This document shows, one piece after another, positions 1 to 9,533 of a stretch of 64,000 nucleotides of DNA. Where the stretch lies: NCBI GenBank assembly GCA_030834445.1, contig JAURFC010000001.1, positions 22,544-86,543 of the forward strand, read 5' to 3'. The DNA comes from Bacillota bacterium. Its GTDB lineage: Bacteria; Bacillota_I; Bacilli_A; RFN20; CAG-826. The notes under the pieces were generated by a model, which worked only from the letters and a program-made list of their open reading frames with translations, did not search any database and was not told where the DNA came from. Position 1 is the first letter of the stretch. Each line of letters opens with the position of its first letter. The translations under genes and the position numbers were made by a program.

Positions 1-271
1 GAACGGGATGGTCCATTAAATAAATCATTAAAAAGGGATCTAAATACGAATGATGATTACTTACAATGAGAAAGGGTTCATTGGTGTGAAGCATTTCCTC
101 ATGGTGGAGGTGAAAATCAATTTTCAGCGCGGGGAAAATAAATTTTACCGCTTTTCGTAATTGACGATAACGGAAGTCAAGGGAATGTGATTTTCTTCGT
201 AAGACGTTCGGCAAGACGATAGGGAAATAACAAAGACTTGCGAGAAAAACGAGTTTAATAAAGGTCCACAT
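1..271 (-). CDS. plsC: 1-acyl-sn-glycerol-3-phosphate acyltransferase (PlsC family), 5' part, runs off window edge
   Basis: Not in the ORF track. Manual translation from ATG at 271 gives MWTFIKLVFLASLCYFPIVLPNVLRR...FLIVSNHHSYLDPFLMIYLMDHPV, containing the NHxSxxD acyltransferase motif; open to position 1. Confidence 0.85.
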   Translation of the reverse strand, partial: MWTFIKLVFLASLCYFPIVLPNVLRRKSHSLDFRYRQLRKAVKFIFPALKIDFHLHHEEMLHTNEPFLIVSNHHSYLDPFLMIYLMDHPV

Positions 272-303
272 ACTTAGAGTTTACCTTGTTTCGAAACGAT
301 TTG

Positions 304-1239
304 TTACTCCTCTTTTATTGAAGGAAGACTATCATCGGTATTCAACGTTGATGCGCGATGAGAAGCTGAATCCATGACCCGTCGATATTCTGTTTGTAAT
401 TGATGATGGGAAACGTGTAAATACTTTTGCGTAATGCGCAAATTATGGTGACCTAGAAGCAAACGTAAGACTTCAAGATTGCCCCCTTGTGTTAAAAATC
501 GCGTAGCAAACGTATGTCGCCACTTATGAGGACTAATACTACCTTGAATATCTAAGGTTTTCATAAGTCGTTGGGTGATCGTTTCAATCGATGAAACACA
601 CAAACGTTGATGAGTTTGATAATCAATAAAGATGTATCCTTGCTTTGAGGTCACCCTTTGCTGCAATGTGAAGAAGAGTTGTAGGGTCGCAGGGGTAAAG
701 AAAAGATATCGTTGGTGGTGGTCTTTACTAAGCATCACTGTTAACGAACGTTGGAGAAGGTTCACATCATCCCATTGCACATGAAGAAGTTCGTTAATAC
801 GTAACCCTGTATCCAAAAGCAAGGCATATAGTAAAAAGTTTCTCACCATCCGAGGATTATTGAGATGTTGTCGGTAGTAAGTAAAAATCTTGGAAATCGT
901 TTGTGAGTCAACTAGTGGAATGTGAGCGATGTCTTCTTTCAGTTTTCGATAACGAAAAGGGTAAGGCATATGAAAGCGAAAACATGCTTTAAAAACGGTA
1001 ATAAATTTATTGACTGTGGCAGCCTTCATAAAAGGATGAACTTGTTTTAAATCATAAATAAAGTGCGTCATCGTAATCGGTTTTATATCATGCAAGGCTA
1101 GAGTTCCTAGTTTAGGAAGCATGCGAGATAAATAATACGCATAAAAACGATACGTTCCTTCACGCTTGGTGAGTTTGGTGTCCATGAGGAAAAGATGGAC
1201 AGCTTCTGAAAAGGTGGGGAAATCCTTCATACTTATCAA
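304..1239 (-). CDS. Tyrosine recombinase (XerC/XerD/integrase family)
   Basis: Catalytic R-K-H-R-H-Y set present: TGLRINE, SKDH, HKWRH, LLGH, TQKY. Start may be TTG 1239 or ATG 1230; GAGAGGA upstream. Confidence 0.9.
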   Translation of the reverse strand: MISMKDFPTFSEAVHLFLMDTKLTKREGTYRFYAYYLSRMLPKLGTLALHDIKPITMTHFIYDLKQVHPFMKAATVNKFITVFKACFRFHMPYPFRYRKLKEDIAHIPLVDSQTISKIFTYYRQHLNNPRMVRNFLLYALLLDTGLRINELLHVQWDDVNLLQRSLTVMLSKDHHQRYLFFTPATLQLFFTLQQRVTSKQGYIFIDYQTHQRLCVSSIETITQRLMKTLDIQGSISPHKWRHTFATRFLTQGGNLEVLRLLLGHHNLRITQKYLHVSHHQLQTEYRRVMDSASHRASTLNTDDSLPSIKEE

Positions 1240-1266
1240 TAGGTCCTCTCATTTAATAAATAATCC

Positions 1267-1309
1267 TTGAAATAACTTCAGTTTCACGTATAGTGAATGC
1301 GTTAAGGAG
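1267..1309 (+). promoter_or_regulatory. Putative sigma-A promoter and RBS of lipoprotein gene
   Basis: TTGAAA(1267)-N16-TATAGT(1289); AAGGAG at 1304-1309 before ATG 1316. Confidence 0.5.
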
Positions 1310-1315
1310 TTCACA

Positions 1316-3598
1316 ATGAACCAAAAAACAATCGTCTCCACTGGGGTGCTTTTTTTACTCGTTTTACAAGCGTGCGGAGGTTCCACAAGTAGTTCAAGCG
1401 CTTCGTCTTCCTCATCCATTGCCAGTAGTTCACTGTCGGTAGAGGATTATGCTAAACGCGATGTATTAAGTGTTTCCAAAACCCGCTTAGCGTCGATCGA
1501 TTTCAATGTGAATTTAGATGCACTGGTTAGTGCAGATGCACCTTTAAGTCGTCTTTCCTCCCGTTTTGTTCAAACACAATCCGTTGGCGACGTCGAGGTG
1601 AATGATTCTTCGGTGACGTATCTTTCCTTGCCTGATTCTTCCAATATTGGGTTAGAATTTCGTAATTTAAATCAAAATATTGCCAGTGCTGCCTTTGCGG
1701 CACAACAAGAAGTCGAATGGGCGATTACGACCTTATCCCGTTTGGATACGTGGGTCGTTTCTGGATCGACACGTTATTTACTCACCTATGATGCCATTGC
1801 CGATGTAGTGACGTTAACGTCAGCCAATGTAAGTTTTACATCGTTAGAAGATGATTATATGGTGCGATCAATTCAAACCTACTTTCAAGATGGCTTACAA
1901 GTCGTCGAAGTGTATGATGCGTACGCGGAAAACAACTATGCTTCCTTTGGCCATTTAACCTTCATTCAAGATGAATATTATGAATGGTCCAGTGATATTT
2001 GGGTCAATGGTGTTAAAGAAGCCAATCCTTCCGCTGGTGGAAGTGGATGGTTTAAAGCGATCAAAAATCCCACGACCGAACGATGGAGTTACTGGCGAAG
2101 TACGGATGCAAATGTTAGTTTTAATGTTCAAACCTCTACGGGTTGGTTACAAACATTTGTTCGAATTTCCCAATTTGATCTTGAACCGAACGTCCTTGCC
2201 ACCTTTAACTATGTGAAAGTGGGCAACCCTTCCTTAACCAATGATGTCATGACATGGTTGTTGAATGCTGATTCGACGCTTCCATTTTCGTTTTATCCTC
2301 AAGCGTTCTCAGGATGGGATTCCATCGTTGCTTCGCTAGATGATGTCACGCTTCGTAATTTGCAAGACTGGACACCGGATAATCAAGATTACGTGTTGTA
2401 TGAGGCTAGCGAGGCGGTTGTTAATTTCTCTAATAACGTTGCGGAATTGCCTTCTCCGTTAACGACCACTGTCCGTCCTTCTAATATTGATACCTTTGAA
2501 GGCGAAGGATATGTCGGCTATGTCGCTGAAAGTTCCACGATCCTTCCAGTCAATTATTTAGATGCTTTACCACTCTTACTTGAATTTTTCGACACGTTAG
2601 GGTTGACGTATAAGGATGGTCCATTAGACACGTTAATTATGGAAACCGTTGAAACGGTGCTTAATTTTCCTCGTCTCTTTGATCAATTTGAATTAGGGGG
2701 AGAAAAAGGATTGACCGACCTTAGCAAATTATGGGATGTTATTGATGAAGAAATGACGTTAATAGCTTCCTTACCTTCCTTCGTCTTAGACCAAGATACC
2801 TTATATCCTCAACTCAATCTTTCGGATTTACCACCTTCCCTTGATAACGCCCTCCTTACGTTACCTACGTTGAATGGAGCAGCAACGTTTGACAACGAAA
2901 CCCAAACGATTACAACCGCTTCGGTTTCGACAACTTTACCTGCTTCTTCGCTTTTGTTAGTAGGAGCATCCTACACCATGATGTATGCCTTAACTAAGGG
3001 TCAACAATTGTTCGTCATTGGAGAAGAGGAAGCGGTTGAATACAGTAATTCCTCCCTTACCTTTGTGGGCGATACGACGTTAACGTTACCCGTATGGGTC
3101 GAAGCAGGTGACTATTCGCTTGTCACCTATGTTGCAAAGGTTGACGATCAATCCCGTATTCGCTTATCGAATGTGGAACTTGTTCCGTTTACAGCGTTTA
3201 CGCCATTGTCTTTCACTGTCGCATTAGAAAATGGATTTACTTTATCGCTCACAACGAGTGCAACCGCATCCTTTGTCGCAACGTATGTGTATGAAGATAC
3301 GTCTGCTCCGATTATTTATGGTGTCCTTAATGAAGAACCGTTTTCATTCCAAGGTCGCTCGTTAGATAACGTCCTCTCCGTTTCCTTGGTAGAGGAAGTC
3401 ACCGTGTATGATTTCATCCAATTCTTAAACTTCGAAGATAATTCCTATGAAACGATTTTATTTGCTTTAGACCAATTAACGTTTAATGGAACGATCGTTG
3501 AATCTTTCTCCGAAGCGTTACAAGTTGGAACCTATGAAGTGCTCATTCAAGATGCATCAGGTAACTTAACAAACCTTATTCTCACTGTTACCGCGTAA
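1316..3598 (+). CDS. Large acidic lipoprotein of unknown function
   Basis: Signal peptide with lipobox LQAC, followed by Ser-rich linker; D/E/T/S-rich; C-terminal DTSAPII...DASGN resembles a bacterial Ig-like module. Confidence 0.75.
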   Translation: MNQKTIVSTGVLFLLVLQACGGSTSSSSASSSSSIASSSLSVEDYAKRDVLSVSKTRLASIDFNVNLDALVSADAPLSRLSSRFVQTQSVGDVEVNDSSVTYLSLPDSSNIGLEFRNLNQNIASAAFAAQQEVEWAITTLSRLDTWVVSGSTRYLLTYDAIADVVTLTSANVSFTSLEDDYMVRSIQTYFQDGLQVVEVYDAYAENNYASFGHLTFIQDEYYEWSSDIWVNGVKEANPSAGGSGWFKAIKNPTTERWSYWRSTDANVSFNVQTSTGWLQTFVRISQFDLEPNVLATFNYVKVGNPSLTNDVMTWLLNADSTLPFSFYPQAFSGWDSIVASLDDVTLRNLQDWTPDNQDYVLYEASEAVVNFSNNVAELPSPLTTTVRPSNIDTFEGEGYVGYVAESSTILPVNYLDALPLLLEFFDTLGLTYKDGPLDTLIMETVETVLNFPRLFDQFELGGEKGLTDLSKLWDVIDEEMTLIASLPSFVLDQDTLYPQLNLSDLPPSLDNALLTLPTLNGAATFDNETQTITTASVSTTLPASSLLLVGASYTMMYALTKGQQLFVIGEEEAVEYSNSSLTFVGDTTLTLPVWVEAGDYSLVTYVAKVDDQSRIRLSNVELVPFTAFTPLSFTVALENGFTLSLTTSATASFVATYVYEDTSAPIIYGVLNEEPFSFQGRSLDNVLSVSLVEEVTVYDFIQFLNFEDNSYETILFALDQLTFNGTIVESFSEALQVGTYEVLIQDASGNLTNLILTVTA

Positions 3599-3619
3599 CC
3601 GTTCTTCATTTTAGACAGG

Positions 3620-3648
3620 AAAAGCACGAATCATATCGTGCTTTTTTT
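3620..3648 (+). terminator. Rho-independent terminator
   Basis: AAAAGCACGA-atcata-TCGTGCTTTTTTT. Confidence 0.8.
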
Positions 3649-3700
3649 ATGCAACATTCCAATGGTTGAACTCATCGTCTTTGACGCTTACAATATCGTT

Positions 3701-4795
3701 ATGACGCATCCATTTGTTTTATTATCCATACTTGCTAGTTTGCCGTTTCAAACCTCTTCGGGATTTCACGTCTCCATTGGGTTAAATGAAGTGCTTGATC
3801 CATTTATTTTTGGAGAGCCTACTGATGCGTTACTCGCCCAGTTACAAACTGTGGATACATCCGTTTTAGGATCAACTTTCCTAACAATTGATGATGAAGG
3901 TGAAACACAATGGACGATTGCTGTACGAAATGAAGTCACCCTTGTCACCCCACGATTAGGCAATCATCTTTTAATTTCATATGTAGAAGTTGAAGATGGA
4001 CATGTTAAATCGATTGACCTTTTTAATCCGACGATTCGAACCGTGTCCTTACCGTCGTATACCTTGGATGTGAATACAACGAATCTTCGCTTTTCATCCA
4101 CTTTAACCATCGCCCCCTTACAACCATTGAAGCTTCACTTTGTAGAGGGTGAAAACGCAATGGAAATCAGTGCCGAAACATTATGGAATGAAACGATCAC
4201 ATCGATAAGTTTCTATCAAGATCAAGACGTGATTGACAGACTTGACCTCAACACAATAGACATGTCTAGATATGGAGCGATCGATTCATCATCTTTTCAT
4301 TTATATCGTGATTCCAAATCACTGGATGCTTATGTAACTTATGATCCTCTTACATGGATGCATCGTCCTTTAGCAGAAGAAAAACACACGTTTGAACTCG
4401 CCCAGCCGACGATTACACCGCTAGAGCAAGCGAAGCGTTGGGCAGAATTTGTCATGTATGGCGATGGGATGTTTGCCGCCGGTCGAGTCGAAGAAGCATT
4501 TCGTTCGATTGAACAGGAATACGTGGGGATGCATCCGACAAGTCAGCAACTTATTTTTGATCAACCGAATACGAAAATTACCGGTATCAATGAATCCTCC
4601 CAACAAGATACGTCAACGTTTCGTGAAGCGGTAGGACGTTATAACTATTTAGCCGCACGTGTGGAAAACGCCCAAGGGTTACAATCTCCGGTTGCACCCA
4701 CATGGGATGTCACAGGCATCGTAATTCCGAGCGTGGGCGTCGGTAGTTTGATTTTACTGTTTTTATTTTTGAAGCAACGACAAAGGGTTTACTAA
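3701..4795 (+). CDS. Hypothetical exported protein with C-terminal membrane anchor
   Basis: Start reassigned to ATG 3701 (TTGAAC-N17-TACAAT-N6-ATG). Hydrophobic N-terminus; C-terminal TM helix followed by KQRQR. Confidence 0.7.
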   Translation: MTHPFVLLSILASLPFQTSSGFHVSIGLNEVLDPFIFGEPTDALLAQLQTVDTSVLGSTFLTIDDEGETQWTIAVRNEVTLVTPRLGNHLLISYVEVEDGHVKSIDLFNPTIRTVSLPSYTLDVNTTNLRFSSTLTIAPLQPLKLHFVEGENAMEISAETLWNETITSISFYQDQDVIDRLDLNTIDMSRYGAIDSSSFHLYRDSKSLDAYVTYDPLTWMHRPLAEEKHTFELAQPTITPLEQAKRWAEFVMYGDGMFAAGRVEEAFRSIEQEYVGMHPTSQQLIFDQPNTKITGINESSQQDTSTFREAVGRYNYLAARVENAQGLQSPVAPTWDVTGIVIPSVGVGSLILLFLFLKQRQRVY

Positions 4796-6157
4796 CCACG
4801 TCGGTAGTTTTAATCCGACGATTGGTTCATAAACCACCGCCTCAAAAGCTTGGACTCCTTGATCAGCAAGCACATTGAACGCTTGAATGGTCGCGGTCGT
4901 ATTGGAGACGGCGGCTTTTGTTAATAAAATCGCTGCGTTCGTATACGGTAAGACACTCAATGCGGATTGATCGGGTAATAAAGCAGGTGAAGAAAAGACA
5001 ATTTGACCATAGGTCTTTTTGCTTGCTTCAATGAATTGTTTCATCGCTTCTGAACGTAAATGTGGAGCAGGAACGGCTTTGGGTAGACCCAACACCACAT
5101 CGAGGTTCGGGGAAAGGGATACGACCGAAAAGTCATCCTTGGCCTTTTTCTTATCGGTAAGTAATTGTAAGGAGGTGAGAAGTTTCGTTAACGGCGTAGC
5201 CTTTAAATCAGCTTCAATGAGTAAGGTTTTAACCCCGCGTAACGCGGATTGTTGGGCAAAGACATAGGAAAATAACGGTAATTCGGTTAAGGGTTTGGCA
5301 CTACTGACAAACGTCATTAAAGGATCGGAGGGATTAGGACGGATACTTTCAAGATTATTTTGTAAATTTTGTAAGGATTCTTGGAGGGTGGTGGATTTTT
5401 CAATGACGTCTTTTTGATCGCGTTGACGTTGATCCAAAGCGGCAAATCGAGCTTTCAATAAACTCAGATTGAGGGGGCGTAAGACCAAGACTTTCAATAA
5501 CCGACTGGAAACTCCCAGTTCTTTTAAATCCGTGGCAGAGAAAATCGTCCCTTTAAAGGCATCCCATAAGACACCAACAGCGCCTCCGACCATTAAACCA
5601 AGCAAGGCACCAATCGCTAGATACAGTAAGGAACTTGGGCCATCAAAGGTGGTCGCTGATGCATATTCGCCTAAAACTAGGTTATTGGCAATCACCGTGT
5701 AATTGGTGTTGCCATCGAAAATGGTGGCATCAATCACCGCATTGATAATCGGAACCACAATTGCTTCTTCAGGATGGGTAAAGGTAATCGTGATACGTAA
5801 GGAGTTCGTTGTAGTGCTCGCCGTCAGGGTCGAACGAATGAGGGTGGGTGTAATCGCATCTCCATTGTCTAAGGTAATAAGTTCCGCTTCTAAAGCGCTG
5901 GCTGCAAGTTCAGCGACGGCAGAAGAACGAACAATTTCAGTGACGGTATTTAAGATCGTGGCGTTCGTACTGACCTTATACGCAACGGAACCCGAACTTT
6001 GATAGGTGCCTTGGTCCATGAGGTCCGATTGGGTATAGCCATAGGCTAAGCCTAAACCGAACACAAACGTAATCCCAATCAACCATAAATTACGAAAAAA
6101 TAAACGGAATAACCGCGATAAACTTATTCCCGTTTCCATTAAATCAATTTTTTTCAT
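4763..6157 (-). CDS. Wzz/CpsC-type chain-length regulator fused to degenerate CpsD/Wzc-like P-loop domain
   Basis: N-terminal ISLSRLFRLFFRNLWLI + TM, second TM AIGALLGLMVGG, then 'LQNLQNNLES' and 'KTLLIEADLK' (Walker A' region). Canonical Walker A GK[ST] absent. Confidence 0.7.
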   Translation of the reverse strand: MKKIDLMETGISLSRLFRLFFRNLWLIGITFVFGLGLAYGYTQSDLMDQGTYQSSGSVAYKVSTNATILNTVTEIVRSSAVAELAASALEAELITLDNGDAITPTLIRSTLTASTTTNSLRITITFTHPEEAIVVPIINAVIDATIFDGNTNYTVIANNLVLGEYASATTFDGPSSLLYLAIGALLGLMVGGAVGVLWDAFKGTIFSATDLKELGVSSRLLKVLVLRPLNLSLLKARFAALDQRQRDQKDVIEKSTTLQESLQNLQNNLESIRPNPSDPLMTFVSSAKPLTELPLFSYVFAQQSALRGVKTLLIEADLKATPLTKLLTSLQLLTDKKKAKDDFSVVSLSPNLDVVLGLPKAVPAPHLRSEAMKQFIEASKKTYGQIVFSSPALLPDQSALSVLPYTNAAILLTKAAVSNTTATIQAFNVLADQGVQAFEAVVYEPIVGLKLPTWLVNPLSLLQK

Positions 6158-6278
6158 AGATTCCCCTTATAAAGATATAAATATATCACTAACATAGTAT
6201 TAAATTTTTTGATGACTCGCAAGAAAAGGTGCGTGGATTCGGTCAAAAAGGAAGCCCTAAATGTGATACACTATCGCT

Positions 6279-6947
6279 ATGCGTTCTTCCCGGTCTCGTC
6301 GCTCTTCCTTCTCCCGTTCCCGAACGTCCCTGGCCTCCCGTCGACGTTCGTCTTTTTCCCGTTCTTCCTCACGCTTGTATGCGTCCCATCGTACGTCGAG
6401 TAGCTTTCGCGGAAATGCGAGTCCGCTCCATCCTCTCAGTAAAATAACCTTAGGATTGTTACTTGCTTCCGTTTTCTTTAATTTCGTAATGACCATTGTG
6501 GCCCCTTTTGCCCTCTTTGAATGGGGTTTATGGATCTTTTTCTTACCGCTTATTTTTGCCGGTTTATTGATGGTCGTCACGGTCGTGACAACCATCACGT
6601 CCCATGGTTCGGGTCGCGTTTTGACGGTTCCTGCCTTGTTTGAGCAATCCGGTCGACCGTTAACTCCATTACCACTGCCGCCCTCTCCAGGTCGTTATTT
6701 TGAATGGCTTGAAAAAGATGAACGTTTTCTTCTCGTCCTGCTTCCCAAGAAAGCAAAATATGATTCTCGCCTTTTACAAACCATTCTTGAACCGTTAAAG
6801 CAACAGTCCTATCGTGAACTTTGGATCGTCCAAGAACCGGCTACCTTTATGGAATCGGATTATGATTATGCGCGCATTTATAATGTGGTACTCCTCAACA
6901 TGATACAACTCCACGAAAAATTAACCCCCACATTCACCTTGGATTAA
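6279..6947 (+). CDS. Membrane protein with Arg/Ser-rich N-terminus and Mrr-like (restriction-endonuclease fold) C-terminal domain
   Basis: ~45 aa R/S-rich head, two TM helices; C-terminal pattern (LWIVQEPATF...YARIYNVVLLN..QL..KL) resembles Mrr_cat. Confidence 0.6.
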   Translation: MRSSRSRRSSFSRSRTSLASRRRSSFSRSSSRLYASHRTSSSFRGNASPLHPLSKITLGLLLASVFFNFVMTIVAPFALFEWGLWIFFLPLIFAGLLMVVTVVTTITSHGSGRVLTVPALFEQSGRPLTPLPLPPSPGRYFEWLEKDERFLLVLLPKKAKYDSRLLQTILEPLKQQSYRELWIVQEPATFMESDYDYARIYNVVLLNMIQLHEKLTPTFTLD

Positions 6948-6951
6948 TCCC

Positions 6952-7884
6952 ATGAAAAAAACATCCTTTGCCATCGGCGATTTTATTTTACTTGCGGCGT
7001 CCCTCATTTGGGGAACCGCTTTTTTATTTCAATCCGTCGCCATGGATACGATGGGTCCTTATACCTTTGTGACGGTTCGGGGATTATTAGCCACCGGCGT
7101 CCTTTTCCTCATTCTTGTCATTCGGGCACGCGTCATGCCGCAAAAACGACTTGTCCACTTAGGTACACCGAAAGGGTATCGCCTTGCCGTGCTCGGGGGC
7201 GTTATTCTTGCCTTTGCCATGGTGACACAGCAAGTCGGTATTGTTGGTACCACAACAAGTAAAGCAGGTTTTATTACCACACTTTATATTATGTTTGTGC
7301 CACTTATTGGTATGTTCTTTCGCCAACGTTATCCTTTAAAAACATGGATCGCATTAGGATTGGGTCTTGTTGGGTTTTATCTTTTATCCACGGAAGGAAC
7401 ATGGCAAGCTCTCAATGGGTATGATGCACTTATTTTACTCACGGCATTTTTCTATGGCGCACAAATTTATTTAATTGATCAACTTAAAGATTCCCTGGAT
7501 TCATTAATGTTTTCCTTCATTCAATTCGGGGTTGCCACGGTTTTAAGCATCCTTCCAACGCTCATCATCGAAGGCATCAATATGACGTTTATGACGTCAA
7601 CGAATGCCATTATTGCTTTATTGTATGTGGGAATTGTTTCCAGTGTGATTGCCTATTCCCTGCAAGTGGTGGGACAAAAACGAAGCAGTAGTGCCCCCAC
7701 TGCGTCCTTGATGATGAGTTTAGAAGGGGTTTTTGCCAGTTTATCCGGGGTGATCTTCCTTTCCGAAGTCATTTCGCTCATGCAATTGCTGGGGATGCTT
7801 TTAATTCTCAGTGGCATTGTCATGGCCCAACTTCGCTTTTCTTTTCTCAAAAAAGTGCTACTCAAGTTTAAAAAGATGCGTTAG
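6952..7884 (+). CDS. DMT/EamA family transporter
   Basis: IWGTAF, ~10 TM, KAGFITTLY..FVP, ASLMMSLEGVF motifs. Confidence 0.9.
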   Translation: MKKTSFAIGDFILLAASLIWGTAFLFQSVAMDTMGPYTFVTVRGLLATGVLFLILVIRARVMPQKRLVHLGTPKGYRLAVLGGVILAFAMVTQQVGIVGTTTSKAGFITTLYIMFVPLIGMFFRQRYPLKTWIALGLGLVGFYLLSTEGTWQALNGYDALILLTAFFYGAQIYLIDQLKDSLDSLMFSFIQFGVATVLSILPTLIIEGINMTFMTSTNAIIALLYVGIVSSVIAYSLQVVGQKRSSSAPTASLMMSLEGVFASLSGVIFLSEVISLMQLLGMLLILSGIVMAQLRFSFLKKVLLKFKKMR

Positions 7885-7896
7885 AATGAAGATGTT

Positions 7897-8298
7897 ATGA
7901 ATGTTAATCTCCATATTGTCACCTTATTTGTCCGCGATTATGATGAAGCTATCCATTACTATACCCAAACCTTAGGGATGGTTTTGATTGAAGATATTTT
8001 AATCACAACCTCACGTCGCTGGGTTAAAGTGGCACCGGATTTACAATCCCCCGTCCATATCCTTCTTCATGTCCCCTTAGTGGAGGAAGACCGTGCGTTT
8101 ATTGGTCATCAAGCAGGTACCCGTCCGCTTATCGTCCTGAATACGTTTGAACTAGAAAAATCCGTGGAAACCTTACGTGCAAAAGGCGTTCACTTTACCA
8201 AACCAATTACCCAAGAAGTCTACGGTCGACGGGCACAATTTAACGATTTATACGGCAATCTCTGGGAGATTGTCCAATACACTGTCTTTCAAAAATAG
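7897..8298 (+). CDS. VOC/glyoxalase family protein
   Basis: HIVTLFVRDYDEAIHYY, RRWV, YGRRAQFNDLYGNLWEIVQ. Confidence 0.9.
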   Translation: MNVNLHIVTLFVRDYDEAIHYYTQTLGMVLIEDILITTSRRWVKVAPDLQSPVHILLHVPLVEEDRAFIGHQAGTRPLIVLNTFELEKSVETLRAKGVHFTKPITQEVYGRRAQFNDLYGNLWEIVQYTVFQK

Positions 8299-8300
8299 GC

Positions 8301-9497
8301 ATGAAAAGCTTAAAAGAACTGTATCGCATCGGACACGGGCCAAGCAGTTCTCATGCGATGGGTCCTGGCATTGCCGCCCAGTATTTTAAAACGCGCTATC
8401 CGCATGCGCTCGCGTTTCATATTACCCTTTATGCTTCCTTTGCCTATACCGGAAAAGGGCATTTAACCGATACGATTATTCAAAAAACACTTGCCCCCAC
8501 TCCGACGACCTTTACGTTTGATAAACAAACGAAAACCAGACATCCCAATACCTTTGATATTCTTGTCCAACTCCCTGATGAAGCGTTTACGCGTCGTGTG
8601 GAATCCATCGGGGGTGGGGCAATTAAAATTTATGATGAAGGTTTAAGCGATCCAGTGACGATGTATCCCCACACAAGTTTTAAAGCGATCGAAGCGTATT
8701 GTGATGCGCATCACCTCACCTTACTTCAATACATTGAGCAGATCGAAGGACCGTCACTTTATCCGTTTTTAAAAACGATCTGGGACCAAATGCAAAAAAC
8801 CATTCTTAAAGGCATTCAAACCGTGGGTGTCTTACCAGGACGACTTCAGGTGCCACGCAAGGCGAAGACACTCTATGATGCCGTCATGATGGATAATACC
8901 CCTGAAGTGCATCAAAATCGGCTCATTGCCGCCTATGCGTTCGCCGTCAATGAAGAAAATGCGGCAGGCGGTGTGGTCGTCACTGCCCCCACCTGTGGGG
9001 CTGCAGGAACGATGCCGGCGTTATTAAAATATGTCGCCGACCGCGATGATGTTCCGGAACAAATTATGCTTGAAGCCCTCGCAATTGGCGGGCTTTTTGG
9101 CAATTTGATTAAACATAATGCCTCCATTTCTGGGGCAGAAGCAGGATGCCAAGCGGAAGTCGGGTCTGCGTGTTCGATGGCTGCTGCCGCCTATGCGTAT
9201 GTGATGAAGATGAACCGTAAACAAATTGAATATGCAGCGGAAGTCGCCATGGAACACCATTTAGGTTTAACGTGTGATCCGATCGAAGGCTATGTGCAAA
9301 TTCCGTGCATTGAACGGAATGCCATGGCCGCCTTACGGGCGATGGATGCCGCGCAACTCGCCTCTGTCATTGCCGATAGCCGAAAAATTTCCTTTGATGT
9401 GGTGGTGGAAACCATGTATCAAACGGGAAAAGATTTGCATCGGAAATACCGAGAAACCTCCAAAGGTGGACTTGCGATTAAATATCGCGTCTCCTAG
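8301..9497 (+). CDS. sdaA: L-serine dehydratase, iron-sulfur dependent, single chain
   Basis: GPSSSH, VTAPTCGAAG, GCQAEVG, LGLTCDP, PCIERN motifs. Confidence 0.93.
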   Translation: MKSLKELYRIGHGPSSSHAMGPGIAAQYFKTRYPHALAFHITLYASFAYTGKGHLTDTIIQKTLAPTPTTFTFDKQTKTRHPNTFDILVQLPDEAFTRRVESIGGGAIKIYDEGLSDPVTMYPHTSFKAIEAYCDAHHLTLLQYIEQIEGPSLYPFLKTIWDQMQKTILKGIQTVGVLPGRLQVPRKAKTLYDAVMMDNTPEVHQNRLIAAYAFAVNEENAAGGVVVTAPTCGAAGTMPALLKYVADRDDVPEQIMLEALAIGGLFGNLIKHNASISGAEAGCQAEVGSACSMAAAAYAYVMKMNRKQIEYAAEVAMEHHLGLTCDPIEGYVQIPCIERNAMAALRAMDAAQLASVIADSRKISFDVVVETMYQTGKDLHRKYRETSKGGLAIKYRVS

Positions 9498-9533
9498 TTG
9501 TCAAACACCCTTGGTTCTTGTTAGGATAAAACT

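Noticed and set aside
261..287. Imperfect palindrome AAGGTCCAC-N9-GTTTACCTT just downstream of the recombinase, considered as a dif/att site
   Set aside because: It overlaps the start codon and -10 box of the plsC paralog and does not match the dif consensus arms or spacing.
6257..6598. 113-aa minus-strand ORF with R/E-rich repeats
   Set aside because: Antisense shadow of the Arg/Ser-rich plus-strand gene, which has a promoter and coherent TM/domain structure.
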